Source of the DNA: an uncultured Lentimicrobiaceae bacterium
GTDB taxonomy: Bacteria; Bacteroidota; Bacteroidia; Bacteroidales; WCHB1-69
Reading direction: 5' to 3'
NCBI GenBank assembly: GCA_964653595.1
Contig: CAZZHH010000003.1
Coordinates: 37,957-101,956, forward strand
DNA: 64,000 nt
Positions 8,879 to 17,197 of the stretch are shown piece after piece. The first letter of the stretch is position 1. Every line of letters starts with the position of its first letter. The position numbers were made by a program, and so were the translations under genes. The notes under the pieces are model-generated. The model saw only the letters and a program-made list of their open reading frames with translations, searched no databases and had not been told where the DNA came from.

Positions 8879-9349
8879 TTATCTATAAGCTTCAATTTTT
8901 GATTGTCTTAACGGATCGTTGTTGTGATAGATTTGGAGAAATAACCCACATATTGTCAGGATAATTGCTATTCCAACCTGGTACGTCAATGCAATGAAAA
9001 ACCATTTTTCATTCGAACTATCTGTTTGAACATCATCTGCACACATTATAACTGGGACAGCAATAATTAGTGTAAGAATATTTAATGTGCATGACGTATA
9101 CACATATTGAAAAATCGCAAAAACTATAGAAAAACAAGCAACAATATTAATAACCGCACCTATCGACATGCCGAGCATAAATCCCTTACTGTTAATGTCC
9201 ATTGACGCAAAGAACAACGATATCAATATAACAATATTTATTACTCCTATGATAAATTCATTACAAACTACTGACGACGTTGTGATATATAACACCATAT
9301 CAACTATAAAAATTAATAACCATCCAAATGCCAAAGCGAAAATATTCAT
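8879..9349 (-). CDS. multi-pass membrane protein
   Basis: 156 aa, almost entirely hydrophobic segments; AGGAAAAC SD. Confidence 0.75.
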   Translation of the reverse strand: MNIFALAFGWLLIFIVDMVLYITTSSVVCNEFIIGVINIVILISLFFASMDINSKGFMLGMSIGAVINIVACFSIVFAIFQYVYTSCTLNILTLIIAVPVIMCADDVQTDSSNEKWFFIALTYQVGIAIILTICGLFLQIYHNNDPLRQSKIEAYR

Positions 9350-9367
9350 TGTTTTCCTATACCTTTC

Positions 9368-9616
9368 CTAACATCTATTGCATATAAATGAAACACCAGC
9401 GGCCACAAATAAAACACAAGCCGTAATGGATCCGACAGGCGAACCTTTCATTATTCCAGCGACAACAATTCCCAGAATAACCAAGATAAGCGGGTGTGTG
9501 AAAAAACTTAATAGTCCACAGATGATTTCCTGACCGAAGTAACAGAACAATTTAAGTGTACACGCGGCGACGGCCAAAGAGGCCAGTGTGATAACAATAA
9601 TAGATGAAGTTTGCAT
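9368..9616 (-). CDS. small membrane protein
   Basis: 82 aa, hydrophobic throughout; GAAAGGAAAA SD. Confidence 0.7.
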   Translation of the reverse strand: MQTSSIIVITLASLAVAACTLKLFCYFGQEIICGLLSFFTHPLILVILGIVVAGIMKGSPVGSITACVLFVAAGVSFICNRC

Positions 9617-9649
9617 ATTTATTTTCCTTTCGTGTGATATGCGAATTAT

Positions 9650-9934
9650 TTATTTTTGAATTAAGGTGGGCGGCAATACAATTTGTATCTGCATTGTGTT
9701 CGTTGTGATTTTATCTTTGACAGCAGGATCAACTGATACATAAATCGGTTTTTCCGCAGACGGCAATTCTGATTTCACGAAGAATGGATGAAGCATAGAT
9801 GTTACGCCCAATACGAAAATAGAAAATCCCAACACCTCGGCAATCAAGTTACCCCCACATACAGATAACACTGCAATAGAAAGCATAATTAAGAGAATTC
9901 CAGCTAATATTCCAACTAATATTTCCATTTTCAT
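9650..9934 (-). CDS. small membrane protein (94 aa)
   Basis: Track ORF 9650..9985 trimmed to ATG 9932-9934 behind AAAGAAAGGG SD; MKMEILVGILAGILLIMLSIAVL. Confidence 0.65.
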   Translation of the reverse strand: MKMEILVGILAGILLIMLSIAVLSVCGGNLIAEVLGFSIFVLGVTSMLHPFFVKSELPSAEKPIYVSVDPAVKDKITTNTMQIQIVLPPTLIQK

Positions 9935-9945
9935 TATCCCTTTCT

Positions 9946-10110
9946 TTAATTTGAAAACAGTTCCATAAGTTTTTGTGTTACCCAAGATGACATTTCCGAT
10001 GAGTTGTTACTGATTATACAGTAAATTAAGTACACAAACATGATTGTAATTATAGCGTATAAAACGTAGAACATCAAATGCCATAAGGTATTTTTAGACA
10101 TAATATCCAT
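9946..10110 (-). CDS. small membrane protein (54 aa)
   Basis: Track ORF 9946..10176 trimmed to ATG 10108-10110 behind TAAGGAAT SD; one TM helix. Confidence 0.55.
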   Translation of the reverse strand: MDIMSKNTLWHLMFYVLYAIITIMFVYLIYCIISNNSSEMSSWVTQKLMELFSN

Positions 10111-10114
10111 TTTA

Positions 10115-10354
10115 TTATTCCTTATACTTGATTGTTTGCGTATTTGTTGTTTGATTGTCTTGCACAGTTTCAACATATGACGGCGCTTTTTCTATGAATC
10201 CAAGTTCTTGAGCACCACCTAAGATTATACATACTGCACCGCCAATAATGACAAATATATTTAGTGCGGTAAAGAAACGACCGTTATTTATTCCGTAGCG
10301 CAATATGATTACTGAATTTGCAATAACGAATAGACCATTTATAATAATAAGCAT
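10115..10354 (-). CDS. small membrane protein
   Basis: 79 aa, two hydrophobic helices; GAGAAAGGAAAG SD. Confidence 0.65.
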   Translation of the reverse strand: MLIIINGLFVIANSVIILRYGINNGRFFTALNIFVIIGGAVCIILGGAQELGFIEKAPSYVETVQDNQTTNTQTIKYKE

Positions 10355-10387
10355 TTTATTCTTTCCTTTCTCATGCGAATCCGATTT

Positions 10388-10409
10388 GCCCCACGGTGTT
10401 CTGTGGGGC
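10388..10409 (-). terminator. weak hairpin after 10427..11503
   Basis: GCCCCAC-loop-GTGGGGC, no U-tract; may be only an RNA stabiliser. Confidence 0.3.
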
Positions 10410-10426
10410 TATCGGTTACGGAGTTC

Positions 10427-11503
10427 CTACTTGTTAATCTTGCACGAAGCGGACGGCGTTACGCCACGAAGACAGTTCTCGTTGTCGATCTCGGCACGAA
10501 TCACATCTTCATTGACGTTTGCCTTGGCGGCGATATTACGAATAAGAATGTTGAAAGCCTCTGTGTTCGATTGTTCTTTCATTACTACGAGGTCATCGTA
10601 ATCCATATTGAATTTCTTTCCGATATGAGCAAGGAACGCTTCGGTATTGAAACTCAATTTCGGATTCGTAAAGACAAGGGACAAGAGTTTACCACAGAAT
10701 GTCAGGTTCTTTGTGATGACAAGCATTTGACTTTTCAGCTCATCCATCTTTTTCTTGAAAGCAGAATATTCTTTATAAACAACGTCATATTCTTTTTTCG
10801 TAGCAACATACTGTGTTTCCAAATCTTCAAACTGTTTCTGTTCATCCTCGGAAAGTTCAGCCATGACGTTCTTACGGTCAGACTTGTAAAATTCAGCGTC
10901 CGTCTGTGTGAATTCAGGAGCGACACCTTTGGCAACAGCGTCACGGAATTCGTTTACACGGTTGCGATACTGTGCCTGTTCTTTTTCGTCAAAGTGGAAA
11001 ACCCAAGCGTGTTCGGGGGGTTTATTACCCACAGCGACAACAACAATAGCGGATTTAAAGCGTTTGATGGACTGGAAATACATCAAGATTTTTGCTTTGA
11101 CTTCCAACCACTTTGGGCATTCGCCATCCTTGACATAATAATCAAAAACGTTTTCTCCCATTGTTGCGACTTCGATTACCAAACCAAGTTCATCATTCTG
11201 ATAATTGGGTTTAACGTCTGTTCCAAGTTCCTGATTGAAATACTCACGACCACGCACAAGCCCGTCTTTCAGGTTTGGGTACATTGTGGCAAGAAGAGGA
11301 ATTTCATGAAGTGTAACCTTCATATCATCCTCAAGTTTGCGTCCATAAGCACGGCGGCGAATGGTGAGGTAATCCATTTTTTCGTCAAGGTCTCTACCGT
11401 TTACAATTTTATCAAAAATCATATACGGTGTAACATTGTACCCAAAGCCCATGATGGCAAGGATATCGGAAGTTTTTAAAACGTAATCGTTATTTGTACT
11501 CAT
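10427..11503 (-). CDS. hypothetical protein; weak YqaJ/PD-(D/E)XK exonuclease-like N-terminal half plus coiled-coil tail
   Basis: 358 aa; own promoter and SD; SDILAIMG..TPYMIF..GRKLED..LVIEVAT order resembles YqaJ-type nucleases but lacks the canonical E-x-K. Confidence 0.75.
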   Translation of the reverse strand: MSTNNDYVLKTSDILAIMGFGYNVTPYMIFDKIVNGRDLDEKMDYLTIRRRAYGRKLEDDMKVTLHEIPLLATMYPNLKDGLVRGREYFNQELGTDVKPNYQNDELGLVIEVATMGENVFDYYVKDGECPKWLEVKAKILMYFQSIKRFKSAIVVVAVGNKPPEHAWVFHFDEKEQAQYRNRVNEFRDAVAKGVAPEFTQTDAEFYKSDRKNVMAELSEDEQKQFEDLETQYVATKKEYDVVYKEYSAFKKKMDELKSQMLVITKNLTFCGKLLSLVFTNPKLSFNTEAFLAHIGKKFNMDYDDLVVMKEQSNTEAFNILIRNIAAKANVNEDVIRAEIDNENCLRGVTPSASCKINK

Positions 11504-11539
11504 TGTGAGTAACCTTTCTTTGTTTGTTTTGTAATGTAT

Positions 11540-11568
11540 AACTACAATCGGCGTTACTTTTTATTCAG
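11540..11568 (-). promoter_or_regulatory. promoter module (CTGAATAAA-N13-TTGTAGTT)
   Basis: Upstream of 10427..11503; no further motif until 6.2 kb, so it may head a long operon. Confidence 0.6.
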
Positions 11569-11574
11569 AATTTT

Positions 11575-11946
11575 TCAGTTTTTATTCACAATGTCTTGCA
11601 TGATAATGTAAACAGCGTATTCCATAGGTGGCTCGGCATCTGCGACACCATCACGAATAATTTCATTTGTAATCTTATTGCGCATTTCTTCCCGAGCATC
11701 GTCATCATCAAAAAACCAACCATCATCACAATAATCTCCATGACAGCAAGCTGTTGCATACAAAGCATTTAAACGCTGAACGTTTTCTTCGTTTTTTTCG
11801 AGACTTTCGCATCTTTCAATTTCAGTTCTGATTTCTTTATTCGAATAATCATTGAATTCAATCATCATTCCGACAATTTCTAAAATTTCTTTGGCGGAAG
11901 AACTCTCAAAAGCCTTTGCTACTTTTTCACGTGTAACTTCTTTCAT
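11575..11946 (-). CDS. hypothetical acidic protein (123 aa)
   Basis: Track ORF 11575..11985 starts at a TTG inside the -10 element; trimmed to ATG 11944-11946 behind AAAGAAAGG SD. Confidence 0.7.
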   Translation of the reverse strand: MKEVTREKVAKAFESSSAKEILEIVGMMIEFNDYSNKEIRTEIERCESLEKNEENVQRLNALYATACCHGDYCDDGWFFDDDDAREEMRNKITNEIIRDGVADAEPPMEYAVYIIMQDIVNKN

Positions 11947-12012
11947 TATGTTAACCTTTCTTTGTTTTGTTATTTGATTATACAATCTGGATTATTTTTT
12001 ATTCATCAATTT

Positions 12013-12567
12013 TCAGTTAAAAATTTCAGTTGATTCTTTTTTATCTTTGCGAATATCGACAATAATATCTTGCATAAGTTCGTCTTTGATATCCTTAACA
12101 AGCTTATCAAATTTTTCATTGTTCTTGAATAACACAAAATCACAATTTTCCACTGCGGCTTTCATAATGCCCATGTATTGTTTTTTGCAGAATATCTGAC
12201 CGATGTATGCATTCCATAAATCAATGGAAAGTTTTTCTGCAATATCCGTTTCGTTCATTTGTTCTTTGCACAACACGGTAAGTTCGTCAATATTTGTTTC
12301 TACAAGAACAGTTTGGTTTTCATTATCAAATGATTCATACTTATGATTTGTGATTTTAACAAGTTCCATCAAAGCTCTTGTATATTCCTTCAAGATGTTA
12401 TGACGGCATTCATCGGTAATCATTGCTTCAAACCGACTGACAAACTCGCCGATCTGACGGTCATCAAAATAAGAAGTTAAATCATATTTCTTGATAAAAA
12501 CTTCTGTCGGATGGAGTGGGTATTCCCGTCTGAACCAAACCACTGGAAAGTGTACTGTTTTATTCAT
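12013..12567 (-). CDS. hypothetical protein (184 aa); N-terminus shared with 26607..26798
   Basis: Trimmed to ATG 12565-12567 (GAGGG SD; ATGA overlap with upstream stop); EYPLHPTEVFIKKYDL block repeated at 26.7 kb. Confidence 0.7.
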   Translation of the reverse strand: MNKTVHFPVVWFRREYPLHPTEVFIKKYDLTSYFDDRQIGEFVSRFEAMITDECRHNILKEYTRALMELVKITNHKYESFDNENQTVLVETNIDELTVLCKEQMNETDIAEKLSIDLWNAYIGQIFCKKQYMGIMKAAVENCDFVLFKNNEKFDKLVKDIKDELMQDIIVDIRKDKKESTEIFN

Positions 12568-12848
12568 TCTTGTATCCCTCGCACGTTTTTTGTTATTAAA
12601 CATAATCCTGTAATTTCATGACCATTACCAAACTCAATGTGTTCGAAATGCCCAATATAACTTTCATTGTAATTTTTATCCATTCCCATTCTGCAACACT
12701 TAAAGTTTGTGTTTTTCCCGAACAATTTATATGCGATAATATTGGTTATGTGTTCATCCGACTTGTCAATTGTTCTCTGCTGTAACTTGACAATATGTTC
12801 TTTGCCACTTTCGCGGTGTAACACTGTGTATACCTGCAACTTAGCCAT
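12564..12848 (-). CDS. hypothetical protein (94 aa)
   Basis: GAAAGGGAAT SD; TAATG overlap with 12848..13357. Confidence 0.7.
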   Translation of the reverse strand: MAKLQVYTVLHRESGKEHIVKLQQRTIDKSDEHITNIIAYKLFGKNTNFKCCRMGMDKNYNESYIGHFEHIEFGNGHEITGLCLITKNVRGIQE

Positions 12849-13357
12849 TATTCATTCCCTTTCATGATAATTTCAAAATCTGTTTCTTTGTATTCAAAAT
12901 TGTTTTTGTTGATTTCACAAAACTCGGTAATCAGTTTACTTGCGGCATCTCTGTTTGCGCCTAAGCGTTCATATTCGTCAAAAGTATCGTCATGGCAGAA
13001 AAACCCATCCGTCAAAAGTATTTCACTAAGTAATACGTTATCCCTTGGCGGGTTATAATATACAGTGCAATTACGACCGAAAAAATATTCAGCTTTGTAG
13101 TTTTTCCCAATTTCATCTTTATGATTGTTTTGTTTACCACACGCCACGACAACATACCCAGTTGATGAAGCAGCGTTGTCGAAAGCTGTTTGTGCAATTT
13201 TTGATAATAGTTCGTCACTTGGGTAATCAGGCTTTTCTGATATGGCATTTTCCACAGCCAGCCCAGCCGCCACAAGCCCTTCAAATATCTTATTGTCGTT
13301 TGTTGATTGGTTGCAATCAACTGCAATAATTGCATGTTCTGTTTTGTAATGCTTCAT
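12848..13357 (-). CDS. Fam-F paralog (unknown function)
   Basis: Shares the ..IAQ.AFD.....GY.v..C.. core with 13449..13904 and 14005..14532; own promoter inside an inverted repeat. Confidence 0.75.
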   Translation of the reverse strand: MKHYKTEHAIIAVDCNQSTNDNKIFEGLVAAGLAVENAISEKPDYPSDELLSKIAQTAFDNAASSTGYVVVACGKQNNHKDEIGKNYKAEYFFGRNCTVYYNPPRDNVLLSEILLTDGFFCHDDTFDEYERLGANRDAASKLITEFCEINKNNFEYKETDFEIIMKGNE

Positions 13358-13383
13358 TTTACCATTCCTTTCTGTTTGTAATT

Positions 13384-13414
13384 AGTAATACAAACGGGAA
13401 TGTGATTTATTCAT
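13384..13414 (-). promoter_or_regulatory. promoter module nested in a 14-bp inverted repeat
   Basis: GATGAATAAATCACATTCCCGTTTGTATTAC; same arrangement at 13937-13967 and 14564-14594. Confidence 0.6.
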
Positions 13415-13445
13415 CATTTATCAATTTTTTCTCACATTCCCGTTT
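13392..13445. repeat. inverted repeat enclosing a promoter
   Basis: AAACGGGAATGTGA ... TCACATTCCCGTTT (perfect 14 bp), 26-nt loop containing TTTATTCAT. Confidence 0.75.
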
Positions 13446-13448
13446 TAG

Positions 13449-13904
13449 TTAAACGTACAAATCGCAAGGGGCAACTTTAAGATACGACCTAAGGAAATCT
13501 CTCAGATTGTAGTTTATCCTGCCGTGTTCCTTATAAACTTTTTCAAGAGTATCTTTATCCATTGCGCCAAAGATTCTACTCCACCAAGCTACATACATCC
13601 TGTCTGTAAGCGAATCGGCATCATGCAGGAATGCCCCTTCACCAAAAACAACATGTTTAAAATGGCACACACTGATTGTGTAACCACCGCTGTAAGCTTC
13701 ACCGACAATGTCATCAAAAGCTTTTTGCGCAATCTCCGAAAGCTCACTATCTTCAATTTCTGGGTCTCCCTTTAACTGATCTTGAATTTCTTTCATGGCG
13801 ACTTCAACACCCTCTTGTTCTTTATCTCGGTCAATGTTATCCATGTATCCCGATGTCGGTTTATCAAAATCCACTGTCATTGTGAATTCTTCGTATGTTT
13901 CCAT
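13449..13904 (-). CDS. Fam-F paralog (unknown function)
   Basis: SEIAQKAFDDIVGEAYSGGYTISVCHFKHVVFGEG; own promoter/IR and SD. Confidence 0.75.
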   Translation of the reverse strand: METYEEFTMTVDFDKPTSGYMDNIDRDKEQEGVEVAMKEIQDQLKGDPEIEDSELSEIAQKAFDDIVGEAYSGGYTISVCHFKHVVFGEGAFLHDADSLTDRMYVAWWSRIFGAMDKDTLEKVYKEHGRINYNLRDFLRSYLKVAPCDLYV

Positions 13905-13944
13905 TATGTTTCTACCTTTCTTTCTTGTTTGTAATTAGTAATAC

Positions 13945-13999
13945 AAACGGAAATGTGATTTATTCATTAATAATGAATTTTTTTATCAAATTCCCGTTT
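13945..13999. repeat. inverted repeat enclosing a promoter (imperfect copy)
   Basis: AAACGGAAATGTGA ... TCAAATTCCCGTTT. Confidence 0.65.
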
Positions 14000-14004
14000 G
14001 GAAT

Positions 14005-14532
14005 TTAATCTTCTTCGATAACCAAATCTTCTGGGGCAAGTTTGAGATACCACTCGAGAAACAATCTTTTATTTGAATCTGAACCCAACTTTGTTTGAAC
14101 AATTCCTCTTGTGTAACTGTCCATTTGATTTAAAATTCGATACCAAAACATTTCGAGTTTAATATCATTAACATCTTGCGCTTCTATTGGGTCAAGTTCA
14201 AAATTTTCGATAGCTTCTTTTATGTTCTCTTGACCATCGTTGAATACGATATACTTATTACGACAAACATCCAACTTATAAATACCGCCACCTACAACTT
14301 CATCAAATGCACTTTGGGCAAGGCATGTAAATTCAAAATCATCATCAAAAGGACACTCGTTCATGTTCCTTTCAGTTACAGTTATTGCCGCTCCAATACC
14401 TTCCAACATTTTATTTAAGTCGACTTTAACCTTAACTTTTTGTTGTGGGTTATTGTCTAAGCTTATAGTTATCTTAAATTTTTCGTAAACGATTTCTGAT
14501 TCAATATGAACTACTTCTGTTATGTTACTCAT
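14005..14532 (-). CDS. Fam-F paralog (unknown function)
   Basis: CLAQSAFDEVVGGGIYKLDVCRNKYIVFNDG; own promoter/IR and SD. Confidence 0.75.
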   Translation of the reverse strand: MSNITEVVHIESEIVYEKFKITISLDNNPQQKVKVKVDLNKMLEGIGAAITVTERNMNECPFDDDFEFTCLAQSAFDEVVGGGIYKLDVCRNKYIVFNDGQENIKEAIENFELDPIEAQDVNDIKLEMFWYRILNQMDSYTRGIVQTKLGSDSNKRLFLEWYLKLAPEDLVIEED

Positions 14533-14571
14533 TGTATTTCTACCTTTCTTTCTGTTTGTAATTAGTAATAC

Positions 14572-14625
14572 AAACGGGAATGTGATTTATTCATCAGTTA
14601 TGAATTTTTTCTCACATTCCCGTTT
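14572..14625. repeat. inverted repeat enclosing a promoter
   Basis: AAACGGGAATGTGA ... TCACATTCCCGTTT (perfect). Confidence 0.75.
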
Positions 14626-14631
14626 GATTTT

Positions 14632-15789
14632 TTATGGACGGAACGTATAAGGACTGTCTTCGATGATGTCACAAAGTTTGTTATTGTACTCATCAACCGA
14701 ACAACTAAAGAACATCTTAAAATCTACACATTCAGTTTCCTCAGCTAATACTTTATTACAATCGTCCATGTGCGGTTTGATGTGTTTATCTAAAAATTCT
14801 TTCATATCTTTACATTCGAATTTTTTCAACATGTCTTCAATTTGCTTATGTGTTTTTGAATCAACTTCGTAATAAAAACACATATCGTTACAGAATGGTT
14901 CATAATAATAAAATCCACATCCGATAAAGTCGATCGGTTTCGTATTCAAATGTGTCATAATAACATAGTTAATCATTTTTATATGAACGGCGGCAAACCA
15001 AAGATAAAAATCTTCGTAAGTATTACTACAATCACCTAAAAGTTCGTTTACCTTTTTCCACTTCTTTTTCATCGCCTTATCTTTTGTATCTTCCTTCAAT
15101 CCGACAAAGCTAAGTTCCCTGTCCATTAAACTGTCGTGGACTTCATACCTTTTATCATCATCAACCAAACTCGGCATTTCAATGGAGTTACCATGATTGG
15201 CTACACCGATTCCCTTGATGATTCTGTCAACCAATCCGTCTTGTTTGCCGTCTGTCTTGAGGAAAGCCTTGATATTCATTTTATAGAATTCACCCCAAAA
15301 GGCTTCATCGCAATCCACATCAAAGTCTGTGTCTTCCAAAATTTTCGTGCCAGCACTTATTAAATTGCCTCCATAAATTTCTGGAAGAATTTCTTTATCG
15401 TCATGGTAACGATCAGCAAGTAATTTGATAGCTCTTTCATATTCTTGCGGCGTTACAAAATAACAGAACGTTGCGCCAGCATCACTTTTTTCGTACTTGA
15501 AAACATTTTTAATATCGCCGTGATATAGGTATGTTTGTTTAACAGCTTCAATCGGCTTTAAATTTTCTTCAAGAACCATTCGATTGAAAATATCAAAATT
15601 GACAATTGCAAGCCAATTGAAGAATTTATCATAATCAAAATTCTCCCAAAGGGATTGTGCGGTTTTATACTTCACTAAACCATCGACAATTTTTTCCCGT
15701 CCTACTTCAATGTCGATTAATTTCTGGATAGCTTCTTCTGGATAATTGAAGAGGCAGGGCAAATGCAAACACTTAACTACACTTTTCAT
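14632..15789 (-). CDS. hypothetical protein (385 aa)
   Basis: Long ORF; AAGAAAGAAAGG SD; own promoter variant. Confidence 0.8.
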   Translation of the reverse strand: MKSVVKCLHLPCLFNYPEEAIQKLIDIEVGREKIVDGLVKYKTAQSLWENFDYDKFFNWLAIVNFDIFNRMVLEENLKPIEAVKQTYLYHGDIKNVFKYEKSDAGATFCYFVTPQEYERAIKLLADRYHDDKEILPEIYGGNLISAGTKILEDTDFDVDCDEAFWGEFYKMNIKAFLKTDGKQDGLVDRIIKGIGVANHGNSIEMPSLVDDDKRYEVHDSLMDRELSFVGLKEDTKDKAMKKKWKKVNELLGDCSNTYEDFYLWFAAVHIKMINYVIMTHLNTKPIDFIGCGFYYYEPFCNDMCFYYEVDSKTHKQIEDMLKKFECKDMKEFLDKHIKPHMDDCNKVLAEETECVDFKMFFSCSVDEYNNKLCDIIEDSPYTFRP

Positions 15790-15875
15790 ATTTTTATACC
15801 TTTCTTTCTTGCTTGTAATTTAATACTACAATTGAGATTATTTTTCATTCAGAAATTGTGATTATTTCCTTCGCA

Positions 15876-16148
15876 TTAAACTCTTTGTCCAAAAATATAA
15901 CGAGGAATTACCTTTAATGCCGCTTCAATATTTACGGGAATCAAGCGTTTATGCTTCAAGAATGCATTTTTACTTATTCCTTTTACAGTATAAGAAACGC
16001 CTTCGTAAACAACCGTTTCAGGAATGTGGGCATATTTCTTTCTTTTCGAAATAGCAGGTTCAATACCGTTGCCAACATATACGGATTTCTTTCCAGTAAT
16101 CATATATGTAATGTTTTTACTCTTGAATGTTTTCTTCATCGGATTCAT
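15876..16148 (-). CDS. short BspA-type LRR fragment protein (90 aa)
   Basis: Trimmed to ATG 16146-16148; ITYMITGKKSVYVG...IPETVVYEGVSYTVKGISKNAF matches N-terminal unit of the LRR paralogs. Confidence 0.6.
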   Translation of the reverse strand: MNPMKKTFKSKNITYMITGKKSVYVGNGIEPAISKRKKYAHIPETVVYEGVSYTVKGISKNAFLKHKRLIPVNIEAALKVIPRYIFGQRV

Positions 16149-16362
16149 CTCTTTTCTTTGTATGATGTAATACAATCAAGAATGTTTTTATTCATCATTT
16201 TTGATTTTCTTGCATATATAAGAATGAGTACTTTTATTAACAAGCCAAAAACCAAAGCTTAATAATATTGTACTAAAATAAGTTTTTTCACTGTAGGAAT
16301 TACAGGTAGTGCTGACTTCGGTCGGAATAGAGTTATCACTTAGTTCAATCACAAATTTCTAA

Positions 16363-16397
16363 CAAAAAAACTGGGTACCTTTTTTAAAGATACCCAG
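16363..16397 (-). terminator. intrinsic terminator after 16411..17139
   Basis: CTGGGTA-loop-TACCCAG followed by T7 on the minus strand. Confidence 0.8.
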
Positions 16398-16410
16398 TTC
16401 ATGTGCGTCA

Positions 16411-17139
16411 TTAATTCTTCGGGTCGTGGAAATCAAACTGGTCGGAAATATCGTTGGCTTTTCTGAACAGCTCTTCCATATACTGATCGCCGTTTTTCCA
16501 TCGCAAGCTTTTATCACCCATCTTCATGGCTTTTAGTGTTTCATGATCCAATTCGACAATACTAAGCCCGTAACCGAGATTATCCATTGCCTTAAGCGCT
16601 TCTTCTACTTCATTGCGTTCAACCTCAATCTCTTCGTTTTCCTCATCGTCCGTTGCAACAGTGTCGTCATTCATGCCACACATTTCATCAATAACATGTT
16701 GGTCATTGTTTGCAATCCATACAATCATATCATGAAGCATTCCAGTATTTGTTATATAAAATGATAAATCATGATTGACATCCGAACTTGTATAAATGAA
16801 AAGATGTTTTCTTTCTTTAACGTTCCATTCCCTGTTGTTGCTATCAATTTCTTTGGGAATATACACATGAATTTTATCATCAAGGCTTTCGTTGACAATA
16901 AACTCAATATTGTTGTCCTTCAAACCCGCCGCATCTGCAAAAATAACAAAGTCCATTACTTCACCATCATCACCGATAAACTTATTGCTTGTTTGTTTGA
17001 GAACGGCGTTTGCAATTGAATCACAAAACGACCGACTTTCTTGTTCGGGTAAGATATCTGCATCAATAAAAATGCGAGTATCTTCATTTTTGAAATCGTA
17101 CCTTGCTACTGTGTTTAAGTTGTTGAATTTTATAATCAT
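16411..17139 (-). CDS. Fam-G paralog (unknown function, acidic C-terminus)
   Basis: 242 aa; own promoter, SD and strong terminator; paralog of 17198..17576. Confidence 0.8.
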   Translation of the reverse strand: MIIKFNNLNTVARYDFKNEDTRIFIDADILPEQESRSFCDSIANAVLKQTSNKFIGDDGEVMDFVIFADAAGLKDNNIEFIVNESLDDKIHVYIPKEIDSNNREWNVKERKHLFIYTSSDVNHDLSFYITNTGMLHDMIVWIANNDQHVIDEMCGMNDDTVATDDEENEEIEVERNEVEEALKAMDNLGYGLSIVELDHETLKAMKMGDKSLRWKNGDQYMEELFRKANDISDQFDFHDPKN

Positions 17140-17197
17140 TGTGTATCTACCTTTCTTTCTGTTTGTAATTAGTGATACAAACGAGAATGCTTTTTAT

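Noticed and set aside
8665-8895. Track ORF 8665..8895 (76 aa)
   Set aside because: It starts at a TTG inside the preceding gene, has no SD and gives a low-complexity N/S-rich product. The overlapping 44-codon membrane ORF 8673..8807 has an SD and fits the neighbouring genes better.
10373-11479. Long plus-strand ORFs opposite minus-strand genes (10373..11479, 7440..8051, 16892..17440, 44729..45424, 581..916 and many shorter ones)
   Set aside because: They lie entirely antisense to well-supported genes. They have no SD or promoter motif in + orientation and encode low-complexity F/I/L/C-rich products typical of shadow ORFs in AT-rich DNA.
11947-11985. N-terminal extensions in the ORF track such as MYNQITKQRKVNI-, MYDQITNRKKGRYT-, MKGIK(K/T)M-, MNKSECQLYNMTHKERENN-
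   Set aside because: These come from translating the promoter -10 (TTGTATAATCAAAT..) or the SD (ATGAAAGG..) from alternative TTG, GTG or ATG codons. In each case a downstream ATG sits at a proper distance from the GAAAGG/GGAG SD. The starts were trimmed accordingly.
16200-16362. Unassigned spacer with a C(UUCG)G-type hairpin (CTGACTTCGGTCGG, about 16310-16324) and AGTTCAATC; checked as a possible tRNA or small RNA
   Set aside because: No cloverleaf can be drawn: there is no acceptor or T-stem pairing around the GTTCAATC and no anticodon arm. No promoter motif faces it. The GGGGATTC...GAATCCCC terminators also superficially resemble T-arms but lack the rest of a tRNA. I recognised no tRNA, rRNA or tmRNA in the window.
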